From NCBI GenBank assembly GCA_964016885.1, contig OZ024740.1:115940001-116004000 (forward strand): a stretch of DNA of 64,000 nucleotides, in the 5' to 3' direction. Source of the DNA: Eledone cirrhosa (lineage: Eukaryota). The notes below the pieces were generated by a model. The model was not told where the DNA came from. It did not search any database and saw only the letters and a program-made list of their open reading frames with translations. The stretch's first letter is position 1. The number at the start of each line of letters is the position of its first letter. Below, one piece after another: positions 26,160 to 39,400 of this stretch. Position numbers and translations under genes: made by a program.

Positions 26160-29100
26160 GTTATTGACGAAATAGGGGATGAATATTCATTGACGGATAA
26201 AACCCCCCAAATTTTGGCAAATCAACGCCTGTTTATATGCCTTAGCAACGGCAGTGAAGCATTATCTTGGTGATAGCAGAGATATTAACAAGAACAAAAT
26301 ACCACCAAAAATACAATCATATATGACTAAAATAGAAAAAAAGATTGCTGACCTACGAAAAACCATAGGACATGTGACAATGCTCCTTACATGCAAACAA
26401 ACACAAAAAAACTTCACTCGTCACCAATAAAGAGTGAAAAATAAAATAGAGACGATGTTTGGTAACAGTAGAACCAGAACTCTTCAATATAAGCAGATCA
26501 CCCTCAAACAAGAATTGAGAGCTGTTAGCCGATACTTGAAGAAGGTAGTTGAAATATAAGTGCTTAATAAAAGATTCAGACGAAACCAAACATCAATCTA
26601 TAGAGATATGAAGGGCAAAATAATAAGTGTCACTGAGGCCCCATCCCAGAAAGACATAGATTCCTTTTGGAGAAAAATATGGGGTGAAAAGAAGAATTTC
26701 AACCAAGATGCAGTGTGGCTAAAAGAAATCTAAAAGAACTATTGCTCCTACACTACAACAAAAACATACGAAATAAGTGAGGGTACCTTTGATATTGTGA
26801 TAGGAAAACTCCAAGATAAGAAAACAACAGGAAGAGATATGATTGTCGGCTACTGGTACAAAAAACTGATATGTTATAGGAGGTATCTTACCGACCTCTA
26901 CCAACAAGTTCTTAAGGGAAATACACTTATACCAGAATGGTTGACATTAGCACAAACATTACTGGTCCCCAAGAACAAAGACACCCACTTGGCAAAATCC
27001 TACCGATCCATTGCATGCCAGAACCTGATGTATAAGATGTATACAGCCTGCCTGAACCTATTCCTCCAAGATCACTGTGAGAATAATAACATCATCACAG
27101 ATGAACAAGCAGCTGGAAAGAAAGGGGTTTGGGATGTGCTGAACAACTCCTAATCAACAAAACAGCGATGTCGGAGGTGCGACAACTTAGGAGGAATATG
27201 GCTACAGTCTGGCTGGACTACAGTACAGCTTTCGATTCTGTTCCCCACTCTTGGATGATAGAGACCCTCCAACTTGCTAAAGTCCCAGACATTATTATCA
27301 GAGCCTTAGAGAACCTGTCTTCTTCTTGGGCTACTATCCTAAAGTTAAAGACAGAGAAGGAGGACTCTATTTTCAGTGATAAAATAAAATATCGCAGGGA
27401 TATATTTCAGGGAGACAGTCTCTCTGTGATATTATTCATCCTGCATTAAACTCCTTGTCCTTTCTGCTGAAGAAATGTGAAGGATACATCGTTGGCTCAC
27501 AGTAGGACAGAAATACGAACCTAACCCATAAAAGTCTTTGTGGATGATCTGAAACTCTATGCCAAGAACATGGATGGGATGAAGAAAAATCTTGACCTGG
27601 TTACAACATTCTCAAAGGATATATGAATGGAGTTTGGCCAAGGTAAATGCTCATATATCACTATAAAGCGAGGAAAAATAACAATCCAATCTAGCAACAT
27701 TGTCGTCAATGGCCTAACTGTTTCACCGATATCTGATGAGGGCTGCTATAGATACCTGGGGATCGATGAGAACATATCCTATAAAGGTATCTGTAATAAG
27801 GAACGCGTAACTAGGGAATGCTAGACCCGATTAAGAAAGATATGGTCATCGGAACTCTCTGAGAAAAACAAAACAGTGGCTCACAATGTGTTTGCTGTGC
27901 CTGTCCTAACAGCAACGTTTGGAATACTCAATTAGACGATAGACGAAATACGAGCAATTGATGTTAGAACTCGAAAAATACTAAACAACCCTGGAAACTT
28001 CCACATCAACAGTGACATAGACCGCCTTTACTTGAAACGTAAGCAGGGAGACAGAGGCCTAACATCAGTCCAGAAAGCATTTGAATGTCGCATCATATCC
28101 CTCCGACAACATGTACGAACCTCAAAGCGTAAGAGCCCGTCTCTCGGGCAAGTCTATCTGCATGAAACAGATAAGATCATGAGAGTTGGGAAGGAACTCC
28201 TCGAGAGATATTCACTGTGTGATAATCAAAAACTCACACCCATGGAAGTCGCTCAGCAGTATCGAAATGAATCCATGGATGAAAATCTGCATGCTTATCA
28301 GCATGGATATGTTGCCAGAAAGCTCCAGAGTGAGAGTAATATAGATAAAGAAAGTAGTCTATCTTGGACCATCAACCGCTATATTGGCTCCCACTTTGAA
28401 GGATACGCTTTTGCAATCCAAGAACAGGAAATCAACACGAAATTCCTGATTCACAAAAGAGATAGGGATGCAGGCAAAACATCTAGATGTGATAACAAGT
28501 GCAGACTCTGAAGAATTAACATCGAAGATGTCACCCATGTAATAAGCAGCTGTCCAAAGATGTCATCGTGGTACTATCTACCTATGAAACATGATGTAGT
28601 GGCCAAAACACTGTACAATGCAATCCTTAGAAAAGATAGCCCCGATAATAAACACATTAAAAGCTACAGCAATGTGGTAGACATACATATACATAATATG
28701 AAAGAGTACTGGTGGAATGTTCCAGTAAAACCCCAATAAAATGCAAGCATAACAGACTAGATATTATGATATGGGACAGGGAAAAGAAGGCATGCACAGA
28801 AGTGGAAGTTAGCTGCCCAGCAGATGCCAATATAATATCAAATATTAGTGAAAAGGAGAATATTTATGCAGAACTGATTAGAAATCTGCAGCTACTCAAC
28901 CCTGATTATACCTTCAGATTTATACCTGTGATTATTGGGGCACTGGGATATGTTAGTAACTGCCTCAATACAAATCTTGAGAAGCTAGACTTCACAGGAA
29001 CAGAAAGAACACAACTAGTTAGGAAATTACAAGTACAATCTATTAATGGAACAGTGAAAATATGTAAAACATTCCAAAAATGTTGCATCTAATAACTGCA

Positions 29101-29330
29101 TATACACATGTACAGATGCAAAGCATATACACATGCATACATACAACTCAAAACATCAACATCCACACATACAATAATATTCATACCTGCACACACATGA
29201 ATGCATGCATGGACACATGCATACATATCAACCTAGTTGATGTTGTGTAAATTCCAATGAGAGAGTCTTGTGTCTATGTTAGAAACCGACTCTCTCTATT
29301 GGTAAACGTGAAATTATAAAACCAGAAGAA
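26160..29330 (+). mobile_element. R4/Dong-clade non-LTR retrotransposon (RT, CCHC, RLE), 5'-truncated and decayed; copy 1
   Basis: FWRKIW, YRSIAC, EQAAGKKG..GCAEQLLINK, WLDYSTAFDSVPH, IFQGDSLS, FVDDLKLY, YRYLGI, CRL*RINIEDVTHVISSC, HD, NRLDI..EVSCP..KENIY; 3'UTR ends AAACCAGAAGAA(CATA)n. Confidence 0.92.
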
Positions 29331-29448
29331 CATACATACATACATGCATACATGCGTACACACAAAGACACATACATACATACGTACGTGCATACATACA
29401 GACATACATACATACGTACGTGCATACATACAGACATACATACATACG

Positions 29449-30137
29449 TAGAAAAGATAGCCCCGACAATAAACACGTTAAAAGCTACAGCAATGTGGAA
29501 GACATACACATACATAATATGAAAGAGTACTGGTGGAATGTTCCAGTAAAAACCCCAATAAAATGGAAGAATAACAGACCAGATATTATGATATGGGGCA
29601 AGGAAAAGAAGGCATGCATAGTAGTGGGAGTTAGCTGTCCAGCAGATCCCAATATAATATCAAAGATTAGCGAAAAGGAGAATATTTATGCAGAACTGAT
29701 TAGAAATCTGCAGATACTCCACCCTGACTATACCTTCAGATTTATACCTGTGATAATTGGGACACTGGGATATGTTAGTAACTGCCTCAATACAAATCTT
29801 GAGAAGCTGGGCTTCACCGAAACAGAAAGACTAGTTAGGAAATTACAAGTACAATCTATTAATGGAACAGTAAAAATATGTAAAACAATCCAAAAGTTCT
29901 GCATCTAATAATTGCATATACACATGTACAGATACAAAGCATATACACATGCACAATTACAACTCAAAACATACACATCCACACATACAATAACATCCAT
30001 ATCTACACATGCATGCATACATACATATCTACCTAGTTGATGTTGTGTGAATTCCAATGAGAGAGTCTTTTGTCTATGTTAGAAACCGACTCTCTCTCTA
30101 TTGGCAAACATTTATAAAATTTTAAAACCAGAAGAAC
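29449..30137 (+). mobile_element. R4/Dong copy 2 (RLE plus 3'UTR), tandem to copy 1
   Basis: ORF 29420-29908 NRPDIMIW..VSCP; same 3'UTR and (CATA)n tail. Confidence 0.9.
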
Positions 30138-30169
<32 letters not shown>

Positions 30170-30170
<1 letters not shown>

Positions 30171-30276
30171 ATTGTTTCTACTTTTAGCACAAGGCCTGCA
30201 ATTATTAGCGTATTACTGGTACTTTATTTTATCGACCCCGTAAGGATGAAAGGCAAAGTTAACCTTGGCGGGATTT
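30170..30276 (-). mobile_element. SINE family A truncated copy
   Basis: Core and tail motifs. Confidence 0.8.
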
Positions 30277-30511
30277 ATAATGAGATGTACACACATATAT
30301 GCGCACAAACCCACTTCCCACATACAAAAAGGCAGAAACCCATACATAAATGCAGAGACAGACATACATAAATATTCATAGACCCACACAAATACATATA
30401 TACCACAAATAGGGATATGTATGAAGGCAATTATATACTGCATATATATGTATATGCATACATACCTAAAAAACATAGGGCCACATACGTAAATACATGA
30501 ATACCTATGTA

Positions 30512-30810
30512 GGCGCGTGGCTTCGTGGTTAGGGAATTCGGCTCACGATCGTAAGGTTGTAAGTTCGATTCCCGGCGGCTCGCTGTGTCCTTGAGAAAGA
30601 TATTTTATTTCACGTTGCTCCAGTTCACTCAGCTGGCAAAAATGAGTTGTACCTCATTCGAAAGACAAGCCTTGTCGCATTCTGTGTCACGCCGAATCTC
30701 CTTGAGAACTACGTTAAGGGTTTGCATGTTTGTGGAATACTCAGCCACTTGCACGTTAATTTCACGAGCATGATGTTTCGCTAATCAGATCAACTGGAAC
30801 ACTCGTCGTT
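30512..30810 (+). mobile_element. SINE family B (tRNA head plus CORE-like GTGTCCTTGAG motif)
   Basis: A-box TGGCTTCGTGGTTAG, B-box AGTTCGATTCC, GTGTCCTTGAGAAAGATATTTTATTT. Confidence 0.85.
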
Positions 30811-31791
30811 TATGTCCTCGACTGTGTTAGTTACTTTGGTAGGGAGACTATTTATTCTGGTAATACACTTATATATATTCTCTTCTTTAACCTTTCTATT
30901 CTTACAAACTCTGGTCAAGTTATTGGTTATTTTATTGATGTCTTGGTCAAAGAAGAAAAGGTAGCTATCAATGAACTTTTGGAAAGGGTACAGGGACTGG
31001 AAAAGGCGAAATAATCATCTTATCTGTAACCCCCAGAGCAGGGACCTGACCCAAATCCCTGCAATAGGGCAGACTCTGCTAAATATACCAAAAAGATCAA
31101 TGGGATTGTTTAATTGAGTGATGGATTAAGCATTTGGCCCTAAATATTCAAGTCCTAACCAGTTACCAGGTCAGCCGAAACACAAGCAACAGACACTTAA
31201 TCAAGGTGTCACACAGCGGATTTAAAACCCAAATCCAGTAATTGCAGAACAAACCTTTAAATCACACAATCTATGTCTATAGAGGTAAAAGGAAGAGCCT
31301 GTTACAAGATACTGAAGTAAAATACATTTTGTATGAAATGTTTCAGTTCAAAACATCTTCGAAAGAAATCTTGTTATTCAGATACAATACTGATTTTGTT
31401 ATACAGGTGCAATACCGAGTTTTGGGTACATATAGTACCACACCTGCGCCGAATTCTCCATTTTACAGGACTGATAGTTAGAGAGATAAATAGATAGATA
31501 AACATATAGGGAGAAAGAGAGTGAGAGGGAGGTGTGGAGAGTTATACAGATAGATAGATAGATAGATAGATAGATAACTTTCTATTTATTTGCCACCAGG
31601 GCATCAAAGATTGGGACAATCAAAGGACGTGTAAAAACATATAACAAATAAAATTCAACAATCGAAGTCCTCAATAGAGAGGAGGCGTTGACGTGGGTCG
31701 CACACACCCCCGAAAGAAATGTGCAACCCTCCTCCTCAGGAGCACAAAGAGTGGGTGCTCCCTTCCTCTCCTCTTTCTTCTCCTCTCTCAC

Positions 31792-34523
31792 CTACAGCCT
31801 GATATAGAGAGAAGGCCCATTCACTCGGGCCATTCTCGCCACTTTCACCCACCTTTCATAAAACTTGCTGGGGTAGAGCACCTCTCTCTCCATTCTGATC
31901 CTTCTTCTAAAATGGTATTTGAAAAAAAGGACCAGTTGTTGGCCGGAGAGAAAAGTGTCTGACCTCAGCCCTTTCAACCTCGTCAACCATATAACCTCTT
32001 TCGCCACAACTATCACACAGAGGAAAACTGCCTCTCCTTTGTTTTTGAAGGGGGGAGGCGGTTTGATCGTGACAATGTACTCGGTGGTCAACCGGATTGG
32101 TCCCACCCGCGACAATAGTCGTTCCACATAGCCCCATAGGTCAGCAACGCCCGGGAAGTGTACGAATGCGTGCGCGACGGTTTCCTCGTCACGCACGCAT
32201 CTCGGACAGATCTTTTTCGAGGAGTCCCTACCCGGGCGCTCGTGTCTGTAGCGCTTGTCCCGAACGGGTAGAGCTCCTCGGTAGCACTGCCAAGCCAGGG
32301 ACTTTTGGAAGTTGTCCATCGGTCCCGGGCCAAACGTCCTGCCGTACAGACTGGCTAGCTCGTCTTCCTCCATGCCTAGAGCCTCTCCGAGAGCGTCGTC
32401 GCACTTGCTGCGCACCAACCCTCTATAGAATGTTGAGGTTGAGACTCCACTGATTGCCGGATCCGCTTGCCAGACAGCTGTGAGCGCCTGGGCACATTCA
32501 ATGTGCCAGTCGCCCATTTTTCTCGGTCTTTGCTTGACCCAGGATTGCAGCTCGGTGAGTGAGACGAGTCTCGGAAAGGCTCGCCTCACAAAAGGGGTCC
32601 ACACCAGCTGACCGGTGAGGAATACGTGGAGGTGCCGTAGCCTTAATGCGTGTCTACGTATCATCAGCCACGGCATCCCCAGCCCTCCGTTCGAAGGGTA
32701 TTGACAGCAGATGGATCTTCTCACCAAAGGAGCCCGCTTCTTCCAAAGGAATTAGAAGAGCTCGCACTCCATTTTGGCGAGCGTTTTCGCTGGGCAAGGC
32801 ACGACGGTCAAGCGATAGTAGATGACGGACGCTATATAAGGGTTCGCCACCTCCGCTCGACCTCTCAGGGATAGTTTGCACTCGGCCCACTTCTGGGCGA
32901 GTGCAAACACCCTGCCCGTAACCTCGTCCCAGTTTTTCTCCACCTGGAGGTTTGGTCCGAACCAGACCCCAAGCAGATTCACCGGTCCCTCCGTCCAGCG
33001 TTCGACGACGCCGTCGGAGGGCATCGGTTTGCCTCTCCACGTTCCAAGTTGCAAACCGACGGACTTGTCCCGGTTCAATTTGGCTCCTATAAACCTTTCG
33101 TATTCCTCTAGTAAGGTGCCGATCTGTCCGATTTCCGAGGCGCACGACACCATTACTGTCACGTCATCGGCGTAGGCCGATACCGCTTTCCGCAATCCTA
33201 GTTCCAAGGGGATTCCCTGCAACAGCTCCAACTTCCGCAGTAGTGGGTCGAGAGCCAGGACATAAAGAAGGGAGGAGAGAGGGCATCCCTGTCGGATGGA
33301 TCACGCGATTTGGAACGGCTCCGAAGGGTAGCCGTTCACCTTGACCCTCGAGCAGGTGTTGCTGCTGTGCATTGCAGAAATCCAGCCCCTGAAAACGGGT
33401 CCGAAGCCTCCCGCCGCGAGCACCGCATTAGGTACCGATGGTCGACCCTATCGAACGCCTTAGATTGATCCAAGTTGATCAGGGCCCCACCAAAGCCGGG
33501 TTCATTCCCTACCCTCTCTACGATGTATCGCATGAGGTGGAGGTTGTCGTGTATGGAACTGGACGGGATTGCATATATCTGCGCTTCTCCCACCAGGTTC
33601 CCGACGACAAGCGCCAACCTCTTCGCTAACACCTTGGCCAAAATCTTTAATTCTGTGTTTAGCAGAGTTATGGGCCTGAAGTTATCTATGTCATCTCCCT
33701 TGTTCTCGACCTTCCTCACCAGCGTGACTACGCCCTTGGTCACAGAACTGGGAATTCTCCCGTTCTGTTGCCAGTTGCAGTAGACCGCCTCGAGGAGAAT
33801 GGAGAACAAGTCCGGCATCGCTACATAACGTTCGTATGGTAGACCATCGAGACCGGGAGATTTGCGTTTGCCGCATTGGCTTAGCGCTTCCCCTATCTCA
33901 GCGGCTGAAATCGGCCTTTCGCAGGACTTCGCCTCCCCGTCCGAGAGTCGCGGCAGACCGTCGAGGTATGGACCGAAATCCATGGCCCCTCCCCCAACAG
34001 TCGTGCAAAGCGGTGTTGAAAGGCCGCGCACATCCGCTCAGGTTCAAGGATCACGCGTCCATCCTGGTCCTTCAAAGACCGAATCGTGGACTTGTTTCCA
34101 CTTTTTGTCTCTGTCACTCGGGCCCAGCTAACAGCTTTGGCTCCCTAGTTACCCAGAGCACGTATTTTACTCCTGACAACGCAGCCCTCGTGCTTCGCGT
34201 CAAAGAACTGGTCTAGGGCCGTTCTTGACGCCAGCACGCCGGCCACGTTGCCACTCCTAATCGCCTGTTCTACTCTATCTATCAATTCCCTTTCAGTTCT
34301 GTTCCTATCTGATGCTAATTCCTGACTAAATCGATTCTATTCTTATCGATTCTATTCTTATTTCTCTCTTGAGAGAGCCCCACCACCTGCTGTTGACAAT
34401 TGCCCCCGTCAACCGCTGCTTAACTAGAGCGCTAATCCGCTTCCTGTAAGCTTTGTTTGTCGGTAAGGACAGGTTTAGCTTCCAGTAACCGGGTCCTTGT
34501 CTATGGGTTCTATCAAGGTTGAC
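31792..34523 (-). pseudogene. Tx1 ORF2 RT/zinc-finger pseudogene (copy A)
   Basis: Pieces 34326-34523, 33336-34031, 32752-33231 and 31792-32727 separated by frameshifts. Confidence 0.9.
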
Positions 34524-34529
34524 CACTCC

Positions 34530-36072
34530 GGACGCGGTTGCTAGGTCTAGTACAGGGGTTCCCCACGTCTCGGGAAAGTTCTGTTTGAGCATTGCGTAGG
34601 TGTCCCTTGGGACCCTAATCATTTTTAAATGCGGTTTAGTCGCCGCGTTGGTGAACATTTTCCCTTTGGTTTCCACCGAAGGGTCTTTGTCTATTGTTTG
34701 CACAAGTGTTTTGTTGTTTGTGTTGATGTATGTATACTGTTTTTGTTGTGTTGTGTTTGTTTTTGTTTGTTGTTCTTGTGTGTGTTTGCGTTTTGTAGTA
34801 TGTGTTATGTTTTCGGGAGGGGTGGTTTTTTTTTGTTTGTGATGTTTGTTCTGTTTGTGCTGGTGGCTGTGTCTTTGTTGTGTTTTTGTTGATGTGGTGC
34901 CTTCATTTCTTTCTTTTTACCGGTTGAAAAGGTACTCCCTCGTCGTCACTGGGTGACGTTGATAAGAGGTCCTCGTCCGTGTTGTTGAGGAGGGGTATAT
35001 TTTGGGGTTTTGTTGTGGTTACTTTTGTATTTGTTTTAGGTGGGGAGGGGTTGCGTGGGACAGTGTCTTGTGTTGTTATTTTTTCGTGTTGTTGTGGTTG
35101 TTGTTGTTGTTGTTGTGGTGGTGGTTGTGTTGTTGTGTGTGGGGGGTGGGCAGAAGCGTCTTTTTGGGGGGTCATTTAAAAGGGGACAGGAAGCCCTCAG
35201 GTGACCACTTCTTGAACAGTGGTAGCATGAAGGCCGCCTGCCCTCAACAGAAATGTTTATGAAGGCGACTTCATCCAGGGACACCCGCTGCGGTATTCTT
35301 ACAATCCGTTCTGGTCTCATTTGGACCAGAACGTCAAGGCTATTGCCGCCGAATACGCCCCCGGTGGATTCGCCTATCGAAAGGATTGTGTCCTCATCTT
35401 CTAAGAATCCCGTTAGCACCCACCAAATGCTCACATTTGGCCTGATGCCCGAGATTCTTATCTTTTGAGTTCTTTTCCCCAAATATGTGGGGAAAAAGGC
35501 GTATGCTTTGGATACAATTGGCGAACAGAATATTTCTGTGCCGTCAATTCATCTTGCATTAAAACAGATATGGTTCCATACAGTTTCCCTTTCTGTATGA
35601 AAGCAATATCGTTCCAGGCACTACTTAGGACCAGCTCAATTTCGCTTTGGGACAATTGAGCCGGTTTCCTAGACGCGTTCGAAACTGTCCTAAAAATTAC
35701 AGCCCTGAGGATTGTGTCCCTTCTAATTTCTTCGGTGGAGGTAATTGTGAATTCCCCACCTTCCCCGAAACTTACACAATTCCTTGCTTCTTTCACCAAT
35801 TTCTTGGCATTCGAGATGTCCAGTGCCTTGTATGTCTGCGTTTCTCGAACCACCTGTGCGAAGGCGACTGCAGCTGTGGATCCGTTTTCTTTCGTGTTGT
35901 TATCATTGTTGTTGTTGTTATTCGTGTTGGCTTGCTTTTTTCCTTTGTTGGTGTTGTCATTATTGCTGTTGTTGGTTGTGTTGTTATTATCATTGTTGCT
36001 GTTGTTGGTTGTGTTGTTATTGTCATTGTTGTTCTTGTTTGTGTAATTGTTACTTTTGGGGTTTTCACCCAT
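34530..36072 (-). pseudogene. Tx1 ORF1 (gag-like, CCHC knuckle, Asn/Gln/Thr low-complexity segments), frameshifted
   Basis: ORFs 35458-36078, 35036-35482 and 34903-35175. Confidence 0.8.
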
Positions 36073-36428
36073 TTCCACAATTTTTTCTGTTGAATCCGTG
36101 GTGTCTTATGCGGGAGTGAGGAGGGAAGGCTTACAGCGTTGTGCTGCTACCTTCTCTCTATCACTTTCCTGGGGGGGGGGGGGCATGCGTCGTGTTAATG
36201 GCGTCCATTGTCACTAAACGACATTTTATCGATAACTTATAGCTATCAAATTTCGCTCCAAAAAGGGCGAAATTTATTTTACCCAACGTCTGCAGTCCCA
36301 GGCGAGGGGTTAAACACAACAAATAACAAGTAGCTTAAACAAACCTACCGCTTCTCGTAATAAATTCCGACAAAATGTAGGAGCGAAACAAAAACACGTC
36401 TATCTTCTTAGAGATAGATAGATAGATC

Positions 36429-39400
36429 AATTTATTTATTAGCCACAAGGGCACAAAAGAAGGGGACAAATACAAATGGGGAGTTTACATACAGGTATAT
36501 GAAAATAAAACTGTTAATAAAATAACAAATAACAATTGATATCCCCAATAGGGGGGAGGCGTTACACAGGGGTTGTACACACCCCGAAAAAATGTACAAC
36601 CCTCATCTCCAGGAGCACCAACAGTGAGTACTCACTTCCTCTTTTCCTCTTTTTCCTCAACCTACAGGCTTATATAGAGAGAAGGCCCAAAAACTCGGGC
36701 CATCTTTGCCACATTCACCCACCTTTTATATAATTTGCTGTGGTACAGCACCTCTCACTCCATCCTGATTCTTCTTCCAAAATGAGATTTGAAAAAACAA
36801 ATCAGCTGCTCGTCGGAGAGAAAGGTGTCTGACCTCAGCCCTTTTAACCTCGTCCACCATATAACTTCTTTCACCATAGCCATAACACATAGGAAAACCG
36901 CCTCTCTCTCGTTTTTGAAGGAGGATGGCGGTTTCTTCATAACAATGGACTCAGTGGTCAACTGGTTTGGTCCCACCCGCGACAATAGTCGTTCTACTTA
37001 GCCCCACAGGTCGGTAACGTCGCGCACGCATCTTGGACAGATCTTTTTCGAAGGGTCCCTACCCGGGCGCCCGTGTCTGTAGAGCTTGTCTCGAACTGGT
37101 AGAGCTCCTCGGTAGCACTGCCAGGCCAGGGACTTTAGGAAGTTGTCCATTGGTCCCGGGCGGAAGGTTCTACCGAACAGACTTGTAGTTCGTCCTCCTC
37201 TACGCCTAGAGTTTCTCCGGGCGTGTCGTCGCACTTGCTGCGGACCAACCCTCTATAGAATGTCGAAGTGGAGTCTCCACTGATCGCCGGGTCCGTTTGC
37301 CAGAGGACTGTGAGCGCCTGAGCACATTCGATGTGCCAGTCGCCCATTTTCCTCGGTCTTTTCTTGACCCTGGACTACAGCTCGGTCAGAGAAGACGAGT
37401 CGTGGGAAGGCTCTCCTCACAAACGGGGCCCACACCGGTTGTCTGGTGAGGAATACGTGGAGGTGCCGCATCCTGAGCACGTGTTTGCACATCATCAGCC
37501 ACGGCATCACCAGCCCTCCGTTTGAAGGGTGTTGGCAGCAGATGGATCTTCTCACCAAAGGAGCCCGTTTCTTCCAAAGGAATTGGAAGATCGCGCGCTC
37601 CATTTTGGTGAGCGTTTTGGCTGGACAAGGCACGACGGTCAAGCGGTAGTAGATGACAGACGCTATAAAAGTGTTCGCCACTTCCGCTCGACCTTTCAGA
37701 ATAGTTTGCACTCGGCCCACTTCTGGGTGAGCGCAAACACCTTCGCCGTCTCCTCGTTCCAGTTCTTCTCCACCTGGAGGTCCGGACCAAACCAGACCCT
37801 GAGCAGCTTTACCGGTCCTTCCGTCCAGCGTCCGACGACGCCATCGGAAGTCATCGGTTTGCCTCTCCACGTTCCGAGTTGCAAACCGACGGATTTGTCC
37901 CGGTTCAGCTTCGCTCCTGTGAACCTTTCGTATTCATCCAGTAAGGTGCGATCTCCCCGATTTGCGAGGTGCTCGACACCATTACTGTCACGTGGTCGGC
38001 GTAGGCCGACGCCGCTTTTTGCAGTCCCGGTTCCAAAGGGATGCCCTGCAATAGCTCCAACTTCCGCAGTAGTGGCTCGAGAGTCAGTACGTACAGAAGG
38101 GAGGAGAAAGGGCATCCCTGTCGGATGGATCGCGTGATATGGAACGGTTCCGAGAGGTAGCCATTCACATTGACCCTTGAGCAGATGTTTCTGCTATGCA
38201 TTGCAGCAATACAGCCCCTGAACACGGGTCCGAAGCCTGCCGCCTCGAGCACCGCATCGAGGTAACTATGCTCAACCCTATCGAAAGCCTTAGACTGATC
38301 CAAGTTGATCATTGGCTCCACCGAAGCCGGGTTTACACCCCACCCTCTCTATGAGGTATCGCATGAGGTGGAGGTTGTCGTGTATGGACCTGGTCGGTAT
38401 TGCGCATGTCTGCCCTTCTCCCACCAAGTTTTCAACAACAAGCGCCAGCCTCTTTGCCAACACCTGTAACTCTGTGTTGAGCAGAATTTTGGGCCGGAAG
38501 TTGCCTATGTCATCCCTCTTGTTCTCGTCCTTCCTGACTAACGTGATTACGCCCTTGGTCACAGAAGTGGGAATTCTCCCGTTCTGCTGCCAGTTGCAGT
38601 TGACCGCTTCCAGGAGACCGGAGAACAAGTCCGGCATTGCTACGAAAATTCGTAGGGTAGACCGTCGAGACCTGGAGGTTTGCGTTTGCCGCATTGGCTC
38701 AGCGCGTCCCCTATCTCAGCGGCCGAAATCGGTCTTTCGCAGAACTTCGCCTCGTTGTACGAGAGTCGCGGTAGGCCGTCGAGGTATGGACCGAAATCCA
38801 TAGCCCCTCCCGGCTCACGTATCACGCGTCCGTCTTGGTCCTTCAAAGACCGAATCGTGGACTTGTTTCCACTTTTTTCCTTTCACTCGGGCCCAGCTAA
38901 CAGCTTTGGCTCCCTCGTTTCCCAGAGCACGTATTTTGCTCCTGACAACGCAGCCTTCATGCTTTGCGTCGAAGAACTGGTCCAAGGCCGTTCTCGTCGC
39001 TAGCACGCTGGCTACGTTGCCACTCCTAAGTGCCTCTTCTACTTTATCTACCAGTTCCTTTTCGGTTTTATTTCTATCTAACACTAATTCTTTACTAAAA
39101 CCTATCGAGTCTAATCTATCTGCCCTCTTGAGAGAGTACCACGATCTGTTGTTGACAATGGCCCCTGTCAAGTGCTGCTTAACTAAAGTGCTACTCCGTC
39201 TACTGTAGACATTGCATGTCGGTAACGACAAGTTCAGCTTCCAGTAGCTGGCTCCCTGTCTATGGGTTTTGTCAAGGTTGACTAAGCAGGTCACTAATTT
39301 GTGATCTGAATAGGCAACCATGAACATTTGTGGACAGCTTAACATGTCCTTATCCTTCTTTCTAACTAGAACCCTATCTAGGTACGATCCAGATGTTCCG

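Larger units (their letters stand above)
31578..36408 (-). mobile_element. L1/Tx1-clade LINE copy A: 5'UTR, ORF1 and ORF2 with most of the APE domain deleted
   Basis: 5' GACGTGTTTTT..CGCTCC; ORF1 with CYHCSRSGHLRASC; ORF2 YWKLN, KSPGLDG, NFRPITLLN, LDQSKAFDRVDH, QGCPLS, AYADDV, CPRC..H; 3' end AATAAA then (ATCT)n; ORF1 tail fused to the APE end near 34525. Confidence 0.92.

Noticed and set aside
27624-27626. Second in-frame TGA in Dong copy 1 (DI*MEFG)
   Set aside because: A Gly position (GGA to TGA) with no second copy covering it; treated as decay, like the TAA and TAG stops.
29254-29302. ATGA-containing hairpin in the Dong 3'UTR as a SECIS
   Set aside because: GAGAGAGTC pairs Watson-Crick with GACTCTCTC and there is no opposing GA for the quartet; more likely the LINE 3' recognition structure.
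31242-31481. Possible host exon after TTGTTATACAG
   Set aside because: No recognisable domain, donor site or partner exons.
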